Shown here in pieces: positions 9,597 through 18,404 of a stretch of 64,000 bases of DNA. This stretch comes from Minisyncoccota bacterium. Lineage in GTDB: Bacteria; Patescibacteriota; Minisyncoccia; Phycocordibacterales; Phycocordibacteraceae. Every line of letters begins with the position of its first letter. The stretch's first letter is position 1. The stretch is from assembly GCA_041663025.1 (NCBI GenBank), contig JBAZRE010000002.1:27703-91702 (forward strand), written 5' to 3'. The notes under the pieces are model-generated. The model was not told where the DNA came from and did no database searches. It saw only the letters and a program-made list of their open reading frames with translations. Made by a program: the position numbers and the translations under genes.

Positions 9597-10775
9597 TCAG
9601 GTTTCTTGTGCGGGGATTGTCGTGAGGGAAGTCTGATTTCCCTTTATAATTGCATCAAGGAAGTCGTCCAGTGGCGCGGTCGCGACGCAGACGACCTTGT
9701 CCGCACCTCCATAGTAGACAAAGAGAGTCCCTTCGCGCACGACAGCGCCGCAGGCATAGACGATGCCCGGCTTCCCGGCGTTCTCGTAGTGTTCATCTGG
9801 CTCGATAACGGGCGCAACAGCGCGATAAAGAATCTTGGTCGGGTCAACGAGATCAAGCAGCATTGCGCCGAGCTTGTAGCGACTCGGCTCGTGTGCGTCA
9901 TGTGCATGATAGAAGACGAGCCATCCCTTATCTGTGCGGAGGGGCGGCGGGCCAGCACTGCGCACGTGCGTGTGCCAGGCGACAAGCATGTCAGGTACTC
10001 TTTGCGGATCGGGACTCGTGAATTTCCTCAGGGTCAGGTCTGCGAGATCATCAATGAATTCTACACGCACATGATTTTCATCATCGCCGATAATACTATG
10101 CAGAATAGCGAATTGCCCCGCAATTTTTTCTGGGAACAACATCCAATTTTTTTCTCGGTCGCTGTGCGTGAGAACGATTGGTCCCTCCCACCGGTGAAAT
10201 TGTTTTGCGAGGAAATCTTCTTCACTCATTGAGATCACCCCAACGCGGAGCATCCAATTTTCAAACATATTGAAGGTGACATAGACGCACCCATCTATAA
10301 CGACCATACGCGGATCCTCACACCCGCCCCAGCTACCGCCCGAGGGATACATCACTGGAGAATAACGGCGGCGCGAGCCAGGCAGGCTCCCGCCAGGGTT
10401 GCGCGATGCATAGGCGGGATATGGCAGACGCTCGTCGAATGTGATGCCATCAGCGCTTGAAGCGTAGCCAATGCGCGAGACGCCGTCGGTGCCTACCGCG
10501 CGATAGAGAAGGTGTGTCCGGCCGCCGATGACGGCCGCCGCCGGATTCAATACCGCCTCCGCGGTCCACGGATGACTCCCCGGTTTGAGGATTGGATTAC
10601 GAGAAGATTTGCTGAGTAAAAGGCGACGGAGATGCAGAATCTCCACTAGTTTTTCTCGAATAGGTTTCGAGAAAGCAGCACCAAGAATCGCTCCGACAAC
10701 GAAGAAGGAAAAGAGCAAAGCGATCATGTTCACGATGAAGGGGAATGTCATAGAAAGCTCTGTTAACAATACCAT
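9597..10775 (-). CDS. GH130-like glycosidase/phosphorylase with N-terminal TM
   Basis: LNPAA, GCEDPR, KNW, YYGGAD. Confidence 0.88.
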   Translation of the reverse strand: MVLLTELSMTFPFIVNMIALLFSFFVVGAILGAAFSKPIREKLVEILHLRRLLLSKSSRNPILKPGSHPWTAEAVLNPAAAVIGGRTHLLYRAVGTDGVSRIGYASSADGITFDERLPYPAYASRNPGGSLPGSRRRYSPVMYPSGGSWGGCEDPRMVVIDGCVYVTFNMFENWMLRVGVISMSEEDFLAKQFHRWEGPIVLTHSDREKNWMLFPEKIAGQFAILHSIIGDDENHVRVEFIDDLADLTLRKFTSPDPQRVPDMLVAWHTHVRSAGPPPLRTDKGWLVFYHAHDAHEPSRYKLGAMLLDLVDPTKILYRAVAPVIEPDEHYENAGKPGIVYACGAVVREGTLFVYYGGADKVVCVATAPLDDFLDAIIKGNQTSLTTIPAQET

Positions 10776-10810
10776 TCACGCGGTGCATCGAGACGTGCTA
10801 TAGTCGCAAT

Positions 10811-11185
10811 ATGTTGGTAAATATGTGCATCGCAAAGCTACATCGAGCAACGGTAACAGACGCCGATCTCAACTATGTCGGCTCAATCACGATAGACGAG
10901 GTACTGATCGAGGCTGCTGGGCTAGTGGCAGGGCAGATGGTGCAGGTCAACAATCTCTCGAATGCCGCCACCTGGCGCACCTACATTTTGAAGGGTGAGA
11001 AGGGGAAAGGGGATATAATTCTAAATGGTCCACCAGCGAGACTCTTCCAGAAGGGTGACAAAGTTGTCATTCTCAGTGAGGGATTGGTTGATTCTAAGGA
11101 CGCTGCGAAGACGAGCCCAACGGTCGTCTTTATGGATGAAAAAAATCAGATTACTGAAGTGAAAAAAGGCTGGAGACCAGAGTGA
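10811..11185 (+). CDS. panD: Aspartate 1-decarboxylase family pyruvoyl enzyme (divergent)
   Basis: KLHRATVT, YVG-SITID autocleavage site, TY, LNG. Confidence 0.88.
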   Translation: MLVNMCIAKLHRATVTDADLNYVGSITIDEVLIEAAGLVAGQMVQVNNLSNAATWRTYILKGEKGKGDIILNGPPARLFQKGDKVVILSEGLVDSKDAAKTSPTVVFMDEKNQITEVKKGWRPE

Positions 11186-11267
11186 TTTTGCCTATTGACA
11201 TAAAATTGTCAATATGGTAGTATAGAAATAACGAGGTAGCTACTGGCTATTTCGGTAACCAAATTCA

Positions 11268-11840
11268 ATGCTAAACATCGGAGCCCTTATGGGGTTTTTC
11301 CTTTTGTCAGGAGCCACTATGGCAACCGCACCAGCGAGTGTCCCTGTTGCGCCTGCGTTACCGAGCTATCCAGTGACGCTTACCGCCTATAATGCTGTGC
11401 CAGAACAGACCGATGACAGCCCACTTGAGACGGCGTCTGGTGCGTACTCAAATCCAGAAATTATCGCGGCTCGCTCGCAAGATCTCGCGAAGGAGCTCCC
11501 CTTCGGCACCATCGTTGAGCTCGTGATTGAGGGACCAGTTCTATCAGGGAATTCGTGCGGCTACAACATCGTCAAACCGATCATCGGTTATCGCGTTATC
11601 GCTGACACGATGAACGCGCGCTACACAGATCGCATTGACGTGCTTTTTGATACCGATTCAAACTACACACTTGCTGATGGTAAGGTGAAGAATGCTGGCA
11701 TGATACTTGGTATCTGTAATGGCATTACCGCGCGTGTTGTTGGTTTCGTAAATCTAAACAAAACGAGTCGCATCCCAAAGACACAATCTGAGCTCGTCGC
11801 GCTCGTAAACGGTACGAGTAAGACTATTGCGCTCAAATAA
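11268..11840 (+). CDS. 3D/DPBB-domain secreted protein (putative lytic transglycosylase-like)
   Basis: TAYN..QTD..P..TASG, DTMNARY..RIDV. TTGACA promoter at ~11195. Confidence 0.75.
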   Translation: MLNIGALMGFFLLSGATMATAPASVPVAPALPSYPVTLTAYNAVPEQTDDSPLETASGAYSNPEIIAARSQDLAKELPFGTIVELVIEGPVLSGNSCGYNIVKPIIGYRVIADTMNARYTDRIDVLFDTDSNYTLADGKVKNAGMILGICNGITARVVGFVNLNKTSRIPKTQSELVALVNGTSKTIALK

Positions 11841-11898
11841 GGTGACTCCTCGCCGCGAGGTGTCTCCTTACGGATTAAATGCGGTATGCTAGAGGCGT

Positions 11899-12552
11899 AT
11901 GAAGCGCCTCACTCTGAAAGAATCAGGACTCACTCCAAAAGAATACGAGAAGCTGAAGAGTCTCTCGACGCCGATTAAGATTCAAGATTTTCTTGATACG
12001 TTTCCTTTCAATTTTGAGAAGAAGGGCGATACACATATGTCGCCTCGCCGCGTTTTGAAGGAGAAGAAGGCGCACTGCATCGAGGGAGCGCTTCTTGCTG
12101 CTGCTGCATTATGGATACACGGCGAGCCGCCACTCATCATGAATCTCTCGCCGCGCTATGGGCGCGGAGATGTTGACCATGTTGTCGCACTCTACAAGCG
12201 TGGCGGATTCTGGGGCGCGATTAGCAAAACGAATCATGCGTGCCTACGCTTCCGTGATCCGATTTACCGCACGCCGCGCGAGGTCGCGCTCTCTTATTTT
12301 CATGAATGGTTTATCAACGCGACAAGAGAAAAAGTACTTGAGCAATATTCAAAACCGCTTGATTTGCGTCGTTTTAAAACAGAATGGATCACTGCAGAAA
12401 AAGATTGGTGGGAAATTGATGATGCCCTCGACGAATTGCCCTACTACGACCTAGTGCCAAAAGGGAATTGGCGCCTCGTCCGCCCCGCAGACTCCATGGA
12501 GCTCAAAGCAGGCTCTTTTATCGAGTGGCAGAAGTCTAATCCAAAGACTTAA
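11899..12552 (+). CDS. Conserved hypothetical protein, transglutaminase-like Cys-His core
   Basis: AHCIEGA..A, DHVVA, WGAISKTNH. Confidence 0.7.
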   Translation: MKRLTLKESGLTPKEYEKLKSLSTPIKIQDFLDTFPFNFEKKGDTHMSPRRVLKEKKAHCIEGALLAAAALWIHGEPPLIMNLSPRYGRGDVDHVVALYKRGGFWGAISKTNHACLRFRDPIYRTPREVALSYFHEWFINATREKVLEQYSKPLDLRRFKTEWITAEKDWWEIDDALDELPYYDLVPKGNWRLVRPADSMELKAGSFIEWQKSNPKT

Positions 12553-12693
12553 TATCAAGGCCTCGCCTCGCTGAAAAGTGGCCAACACCAGGTGTTGGCC
12601 AAAATATGGTTAACTTGACGAGATTGTAATTTGAGTGTATGTTCCTTATCGGATACAATAAAAAACAAAACAATTAAGAAAGGAGAAGGTGTC

Positions 12694-13056
12694 ATGACTG
12701 AAAAGATGGGTGTGTGTATGGCCATGGACTTGCCACTTGCAAGTCGCCGCACTCTGGCCGTCCGAGCGGTTAGAGAGATTAGGGAGCGGATTAGAAAAAT
12801 GACAGAAACTGAACTTGAAGAACGGCAACATGAATCAGAAAAGGATAAGGATATGCTGAAACAAATCCACAACGAAGAAGCGCGCCTTAAGGTGGAAGAA
12901 CTTCAGAAAAGACTGGAGAATGATGTGAACAAAGCGGCAGATGCCTTGTACAAAGCCTTTTGGGAAACTGGGATGTATACCATTTGTTCTTTGCTTGGGA
13001 AAGATGCGGTTGATTTCGCACTGGAAACAACAAAGAACGAAAGTCTCGGGAATTGA
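12694..13056 (+). CDS. Orphan coiled-coil protein
   Basis: SD AAGGAG before ATG 12694, followed by a terminator. Confidence 0.6.
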   Translation: MTEKMGVCMAMDLPLASRRTLAVRAVREIRERIRKMTETELEERQHESEKDKDMLKQIHNEEARLKVEELQKRLENDVNKAADALYKAFWETGMYTICSLLGKDAVDFALETTKNESLGN

Positions 13057-13075
13057 TTTCCAATTTCTTTACAAA

Positions 13076-13113
13076 AGAATGCCGCCCACAAAAGGCGGCT
13101 TCTTCTTTTCTTT
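13076..13113 (+). terminator. Intrinsic terminator
   Basis: gccgcc-cacaaaa-ggcggc followed by a T-rich tail. Confidence 0.7.
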
Positions 13114-13191
13114 ATGCGCGCATGCCCTTGACAATATTATACCAGCTGCTATATTAGCAGCGGAGCAAATAAATAAAAAAGGGGGTGTACT

Positions 13192-14466
13192 TTGAAAAAA
13201 TCACAAAGGTTAAAAGCGTCAGGAGGTACGGATGTCTTCAATCGTTTGGATGAAGCATACGCATGCTGGGAGGAGGACATGTGGCGAGCGCGAATGAGGC
13301 GCCGGCTTCATCAGTTTGTAACCCCTGGGTACAACCCAAGTATTACTGAAGTCGGATTTCCAGTTGATGGTGCACATAAGACCAAACAGCTTCTCCTAGA
13401 GTCGGTCTCGAGGAACAATTTGGATTATTTGCTTCCCGCGTTCCGTTCGAAGATAACTTCAATAGGGTTGCCGAGCATTGAAAAAATCCAGCAGGTCAAA
13501 GACACGAGGATCATGGGACAAGGAAATGCGCGGTTTACCGAAGAAGAAGAGGCGGCTACGCTGTGGGAAGAATTTCACTTTCCATATTATCTTGGGAAAT
13601 GGAATGCGTCTTCGCGTCGGATTTATTACATTCCGACCGATCTGATGCTTTTGCTCGAAGTAACAAGGTTGAAGGGGTTGACGTTTCGTAACGCGCGACT
13701 ACCTTTTTCTTCGTTCGGTATTGCATTGGAGACGCCTCTCGTGAATGAAGACGACAAGGAATTGGATTTCTTCCTCATCGGAGATTGTTCGAAAGAAGTA
13801 TTCGCATTCTATGGGCTCGCGCGCTCTCTTTCGAAGGTGAAATTGGTTGATCGGACCCTGCGGGCGAAAATCAGCGAAGCTGCAGACAAAGGTAATATTC
13901 GTCGATTCGTGCATTTGGCCGAGAAAGAGATGGGTCGGTCTTTACAGATAGGGGAGCATTGGGATTCGTATGTCGATATCGGCATTGAAGAAGATGACAT
14001 GGACGAGGATCTGGAAGTTGCGATGGCTGAAATCACCAAAGCTCAAAAAGATTGCTGGTTGGTGAGATTCATCCGCATACTCTTCGGACTTTGTGCCTAT
14101 ATGAGCACTTTTACTGCTGATAACGGTTCGATTCCGGAAGTGGTGCAGAAGACTTCCTACACAAAAAAGGTGTATGCAGGAGCTAAAGATGGCCCGGCAC
14201 TCGTGACTTCAGCGGAAGTCTTAAAAGTCCAGAGCGTTATTCGACTCTCGACCGAAGAAAGGGAAATCATTCGTGATCAGCTTTCAGGCCGTGGTGGATG
14301 GGAGGTAAAAGCACATTTCAGAGAAGGGTATTGGCGGCGCCCTAAGGGTGAAGGCCATAATCCAGATGCATCAAAGACAGTCTGGGTACGACCGACATTA
14401 GTTCGACGCGATCGTCTTCCTGACAACACTCTGCCACTTGGTGCAGAAAAAGTTCTTTACGCGTAA
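13192..14466 (+). CDS. Hypothetical protein with C-terminal H-x-R-x-G-x-W-R...W-V-R-P motif
   Basis: 424 aa. TTGACA-N17-TATATT promoter at 13128-13156 and an SD-like sequence. Confidence 0.75.
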   Translation: MKKSQRLKASGGTDVFNRLDEAYACWEEDMWRARMRRRLHQFVTPGYNPSITEVGFPVDGAHKTKQLLLESVSRNNLDYLLPAFRSKITSIGLPSIEKIQQVKDTRIMGQGNARFTEEEEAATLWEEFHFPYYLGKWNASSRRIYYIPTDLMLLLEVTRLKGLTFRNARLPFSSFGIALETPLVNEDDKELDFFLIGDCSKEVFAFYGLARSLSKVKLVDRTLRAKISEAADKGNIRRFVHLAEKEMGRSLQIGEHWDSYVDIGIEEDDMDEDLEVAMAEITKAQKDCWLVRFIRILFGLCAYMSTFTADNGSIPEVVQKTSYTKKVYAGAKDGPALVTSAEVLKVQSVIRLSTEEREIIRDQLSGRGGWEVKAHFREGYWRRPKGEGHNPDASKTVWVRPTLVRRDRLPDNTLPLGAEKVLYA

Positions 14467-14474
14467 TGTTTATT

Positions 14475-14506
14475 AAAAAGCCGTCGATTCGTTCGGCGGC
14501 TTTTTT
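14475..14506. terminator. Intrinsic terminator
   Basis: aaaaagccg...cggctttttt. Confidence 0.75.
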
Positions 14507-14524
14507 GTGCTAAACTGCACTGAT

Positions 14525-14914
14525 ATGAAAGGATACATCACACATATTGAACAAGAGACGAAAGAGAACACCGATTATCGGCGGGTGGTTTATACCGCCA
14601 AACACTGTCAGTTAGTGCTGATGAGCCTTAACGCGGGCGAAGAGATCGGCGAAGAGGTGCACACACTTGATCAGTTTTTCAGATTTGAAGAAGGGCAAGG
14701 CAAGGTGATTATTGACGGCGTCGAACATGATGTGAAAGATGGCGATGCAGTTATAGTGCCAGAGGGCGCACTCCATAATGTCATCAACACCGGCCCAGGC
14801 GCGCTCAAGCTCTACACGATCTACGCACCGCCCAATCATAAAGACGGCACGGTACAGTCCACCAAGGCAGACGAGTTTGAAGAACACTTCGACAGCGTAA
14901 CTACGGAGAGTTAA
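14525..14914 (+). CDS. Cupin domain protein
   Basis: EIGEEVH..DQFF..EG.G, VPEG..HN.IN, KLYTIYAPP.H. Confidence 0.9.
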   Translation: MKGYITHIEQETKENTDYRRVVYTAKHCQLVLMSLNAGEEIGEEVHTLDQFFRFEEGQGKVIIDGVEHDVKDGDAVIVPEGALHNVINTGPGALKLYTIYAPPNHKDGTVQSTKADEFEEHFDSVTTES

Positions 14915-14924
14915 GCAAAGATAT

Positions 14925-15326
14925 ATGACAAAAAAGAAACCGGTATATCCGGAGGGTGTCGTAGTGAAAAAATCGAGCGCAGGTATGGGGCTTTTTGCGA
15001 CCAGACCCTACAAGAAGGGTGAGCGTGTCATAGAGTATGTTGGCCGCTTTCTCGCACCAGGAGAGGAATATTCCAGCCGAAGCAAATATCTTTTTGAAGT
15101 TACGAAGAAGAAAACGATTGATGGCACAATGCGCGAAAATATTGCGCGCTACATCAATCATTCGTGTAAGCCGAATTGTGATCCAGAGATCGAGCGCGGG
15201 CGCATTTTTATTGATGCGATTAAAAACATCAAAACGGGTGAGGAATTTACTTATAATTATGGCGAGGAATATATCGATGAGCACATCAAGCCCTACGGAT
15301 GCCGGTGTGTGAAGTGTAAAAAATAA
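14925..15326 (+). CDS. SET domain protein-lysine methyltransferase
   Basis: GMGLFA, RYINHSCKPN, EEFTYNYG, post-SET CxCxxC. Confidence 0.92.
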   Translation: MTKKKPVYPEGVVVKKSSAGMGLFATRPYKKGERVIEYVGRFLAPGEEYSSRSKYLFEVTKKKTIDGTMRENIARYINHSCKPNCDPEIERGRIFIDAIKNIKTGEEFTYNYGEEYIDEHIKPYGCRCVKCKK

Positions 15327-15368
15327 AAAACAAGGGGCACCCTCGTTACGAGGGTGCCCCTTGTTTTT
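15327..15368. terminator. Palindrome/bidirectional terminator (aaggggcaccct family)
   Basis: aaaacaaggggcaccctcg-tta-cgagggtgccccttgtttt between convergent genes. The same motif occurs inside miaA. Confidence 0.75.
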
Positions 15369-15382
15369 GCTTGACCTAAGAG

Positions 15383-15592
15383 TTAGATCTTGCTAACGCC
15401 AACGGCGTTCGGACCCTTCGGGCTGTCTCCAACCTCGAAAGAAACCTTGTCTCCCTCCTGGAGCTCGTCGAACGAAATGTTCTTAAGCTCGTTGGAATGG
15501 AAGAAAAGATCCTTAGAACCATCCGGTGCACCGGCGACTTTGATGAAGCCGAAGCCCTTGTCGTTCTTCTTGATGACTGTTCCTTCTTGCAT
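15383..15592 (-). CDS. csp: Cold-shock protein
   Basis: KGFGFI, DLFFH, KGPNA. Confidence 0.95.
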   Translation of the reverse strand: MQEGTVIKKNDKGFGFIKVAGAPDGSKDLFFHSNELKNISFDELQEGDKVSFEVGDSPKGPNAVGVSKI

Positions 15593-15711
15593 ACGTGATA
15601 GATATTGTGTGTGACTAAGTTATCAAATCAGTAGCCGAAGTAGAAGCTCGATCCCACTTCTCTGGATCCAGCGCTGGTTGATTTCTATATGATACCATAC
15701 TTACTATAAAT

Positions 15712-16380
15712 ATGGAACTACCACAGCCAGAGGCGTTTACCTGCAAGTGCTTGTTTGGACGCGAGTGGATTCGCTCGTTTCTTGGGGCACTCCTGCTGCT
15801 TGGTCTTGCATTCGTGTGTCAACACGCTGCGACGGTCTATGCACTCTCGTACCTGCTGCGCCCGACCTCGACCTATGTTGGCGATCTTCTCCTCGATAAT
15901 CTACCTATTGTTAATTTGAACTTTATTGTCATAGAGATTGCGTTGTTTGCCATTGTCTTCGGTACATTGTTTGTAGTGTTCTTCCGTCCACGCTATATCC
16001 TCTTTTCTCTCAAGGCGCTCGCACTCTTCATCGCAATTCGAGCACTCTTTATGTCGCTCACCCACGTCGGTATCTATCCGGGTTATATTATGCCGGGCAC
16101 GGGAATTTTTGCCGATATTTACTCATACTTCAATATGCAAACCGGATTCTTTTTTTCTGGTCATACGGGAATGCCAATCCTCATGGCGCTCATATTCTGG
16201 AAAAGACTGTTTGAGCGCAACATGTTCTTGATATTAGCTTTCGTTTTCGCAGTTTCGGTACTCTTCGCGCATATTCACTACTCGATCGATGTGCTCGCGG
16301 CGCCCTTCATGGCGTATGTCATATTCAATATGTCTCGGTATCTCTTCAAACGGGATTATGAGCTTATCGACTCACATTAG
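15712..16380 (+). CDS. PAP2/sphingomyelin-synthase-like membrane phosphotransferase
   Basis: FFSGHT and HYSIDV catalytic motifs, ~6 TM. Confidence 0.8.
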   Translation: MELPQPEAFTCKCLFGREWIRSFLGALLLLGLAFVCQHAATVYALSYLLRPTSTYVGDLLLDNLPIVNLNFIVIEIALFAIVFGTLFVVFFRPRYILFSLKALALFIAIRALFMSLTHVGIYPGYIMPGTGIFADIYSYFNMQTGFFFSGHTGMPILMALIFWKRLFERNMFLILAFVFAVSVLFAHIHYSIDVLAAPFMAYVIFNMSRYLFKRDYELIDSH

Positions 16381-16382
16381 TC

Positions 16383-17621
16383 ATGTTTAACAAACGAACC
16401 CTCCTTCGCTTCGCTTCGGCGGGGCGCACGTATCTCGACTGTGCATCGGGCATAAATGGCAATCCATCATCTCCTCACACTGAAGGACGTCGTGCAAAGC
16501 TGATACTAGAAGACGCTCGGGTGACCATCGCACGTCTTGTTGAGGTACAGCCAGACGACGTAATTTTCACCAGCGGCGCGACCGAGGCGAACGCGCTCGC
16601 GATTCTTGGCAATTTAGGACTTACGAAGTCCCCAATATCAGGGCCAGTAATGTCAGGACTTCGTAAGTCCAAAATTCATATGCTCTATCTGCCGAGCGCG
16701 CACGCTTCTGTTGTTGAGAATATGAAATTGCTCAGTGAACGCGGTGTCGAAATTGAGGCACTTCCGATCAGGGACGGATGTGTTGATTGTGAAAAGTTGA
16801 AAGAGTTGTTGCGGCCAGAAACAAAACTGGTCAGTATGGATGCCGTCTGTGGAGAGACGGGTGTTATTTGGAACACAAGGGAAGTTGCAGAAACATTGAA
16901 AAGAACGCACAACGGAGGAAGCAATTTCCTTGCTCCTTCGGGCCTCATAGGAATGAGTCAGCCAGTCGCAGAGGAAACCACTTCCTCCTCCGTGCTCCAC
17001 GTTGACGCAAGTCAAGCGCCGCTGACTGAAAAAATAACTCGTGCGCATTTCGGTGCTGACCTGCTCACGCTTGACGGATCAAAAGTTGGCGCACGCGGCA
17101 TCGGCACTTTGATTGCACATCGCACCATTCCGATTTCTCCACTTTACTTAGGTGGAGGCCAAGAGCGAGGGCTTCGCCCGGGAACTGAAGTACCCGAGCT
17201 CGCAGAGAAGTTCGCGGCCTGCCTCCGGCAGGCCGCGCTTAGCCGCGAAGCATTTCTTGCTGCTGCAAAGAGAGATAGGGCAGAACTCATCAAGAAAATC
17301 TCGAGCATCCAACATATGTGCATAAACGAAGGCAGTAATCAATCTCCAAATATTTTAAACATTTCTCTTATTGGCCGTGACACTGATTATCTGGTCGCAC
17401 TCCTTGATGAAGCGGGATTCGCCGTCTCTACACGAAGCGCATGCGAGACCGATTCGCAGACGGGTTCTCGTGCCGTCTTTGCCATCACGGGAGACCAAGA
17501 TCGTGCTCGCGCGACATTGCGTATTTCCTGGGGGCCGAGCACTCGCTCGCGCGAATTGGTCCATTTTGCCAAAGCACTCGTACAGGCAGTCGCGTTTATT
17601 GACAGCAGTGACCAACGGTAG
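16383..17621 (+). CDS. iscS: Cysteine desulfurase family (class V PLP enzyme)
   Basis: GNPSS.H, FTSGATEAN, HVDASQ, GGGQE.GLRPGT, SAC. Confidence 0.85.
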   Translation: MFNKRTLLRFASAGRTYLDCASGINGNPSSPHTEGRRAKLILEDARVTIARLVEVQPDDVIFTSGATEANALAILGNLGLTKSPISGPVMSGLRKSKIHMLYLPSAHASVVENMKLLSERGVEIEALPIRDGCVDCEKLKELLRPETKLVSMDAVCGETGVIWNTREVAETLKRTHNGGSNFLAPSGLIGMSQPVAEETTSSSVLHVDASQAPLTEKITRAHFGADLLTLDGSKVGARGIGTLIAHRTIPISPLYLGGGQERGLRPGTEVPELAEKFAACLRQAALSREAFLAAAKRDRAELIKKISSIQHMCINEGSNQSPNILNISLIGRDTDYLVALLDEAGFAVSTRSACETDSQTGSRAVFAITGDQDRARATLRISWGPSTRSRELVHFAKALVQAVAFIDSSDQR

Positions 17622-17633
17622 CATTATAGTCTT

Positions 17634-18398
17634 ATGAATATAGAGGAACTATCTAAAGCGCAGCTCATATTGCTTACGATTTTGGTCAATTTCGTCACGG
17701 CGGTCGCGACGGCTATTTTGACTGTTTCGATGCTTGACCATGCGCCACCGTTCGTTACACAGACCGTAAACCGAGTGGTTGAACATACCATAGAAACGGT
17801 TGCTCAAGTAGCACCGTCAATTATTCAGGCTCCGGCTCCATCAAACCAAGATCTCGTGACGGCAGCAATCGGTGCGGATGCGGCTCGCGCCGTTGCCATT
17901 TATGATGGAGAGACTGGCACTTCAACACCGGCTATTGCAATCGGTACTTATCTCCCTAAGTCGCGCGCTATCGCGACTGCGACTCAGGACTCCCTTCCGA
18001 AAGAAGCACTTATCGAGTTCACGAACGGTGCATATATCGACGCATCTCTCGCACATCAAGGAAGTGGTATTGCTATATACGGATTCGCAGACGATGCGGT
18101 TTTACCAAAGGCCGTTTCGCCGATCTTGATTGCTGAAGGAGATTTGAAGCTTGGTGCGACCGTGCTCGCGCTCAGCGCTGATGGTTTTGCCGCTACGGGC
18201 ATCATCGCGCGTGTGAGTGCGAAGGGCATTTACACCACTCTGCCTGATATAGGTACTGGGAGTGCGGCGGTCGATCTTTCGGGCAACCTTGTCGGCATCG
18301 GAGTAGGTTCGACGCCAGGGCTCTTAATAAGTGCAAGTAAAATAACTGCGCTTCTCACTGCAACATCAACCACCGCAACTTCAACAATAGCTCGCTAA
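17634..18398 (+). CDS. Membrane-anchored degenerate trypsin/HtrA-like protein
   Basis: N-terminal TM. 'GSAAVDLSGNLVGI' resembles the GxSGGP region but lacks the canonical Ser context. Confidence 0.55.
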   Translation: MNIEELSKAQLILLTILVNFVTAVATAILTVSMLDHAPPFVTQTVNRVVEHTIETVAQVAPSIIQAPAPSNQDLVTAAIGADAARAVAIYDGETGTSTPAIAIGTYLPKSRAIATATQDSLPKEALIEFTNGAYIDASLAHQGSGIAIYGFADDAVLPKAVSPILIAEGDLKLGATVLALSADGFAATGIIARVSAKGIYTTLPDIGTGSAAVDLSGNLVGIGVGSTPGLLISASKITALLTATSTTATSTIAR

Positions 18399-18404
18399 TC
18401 GGAT

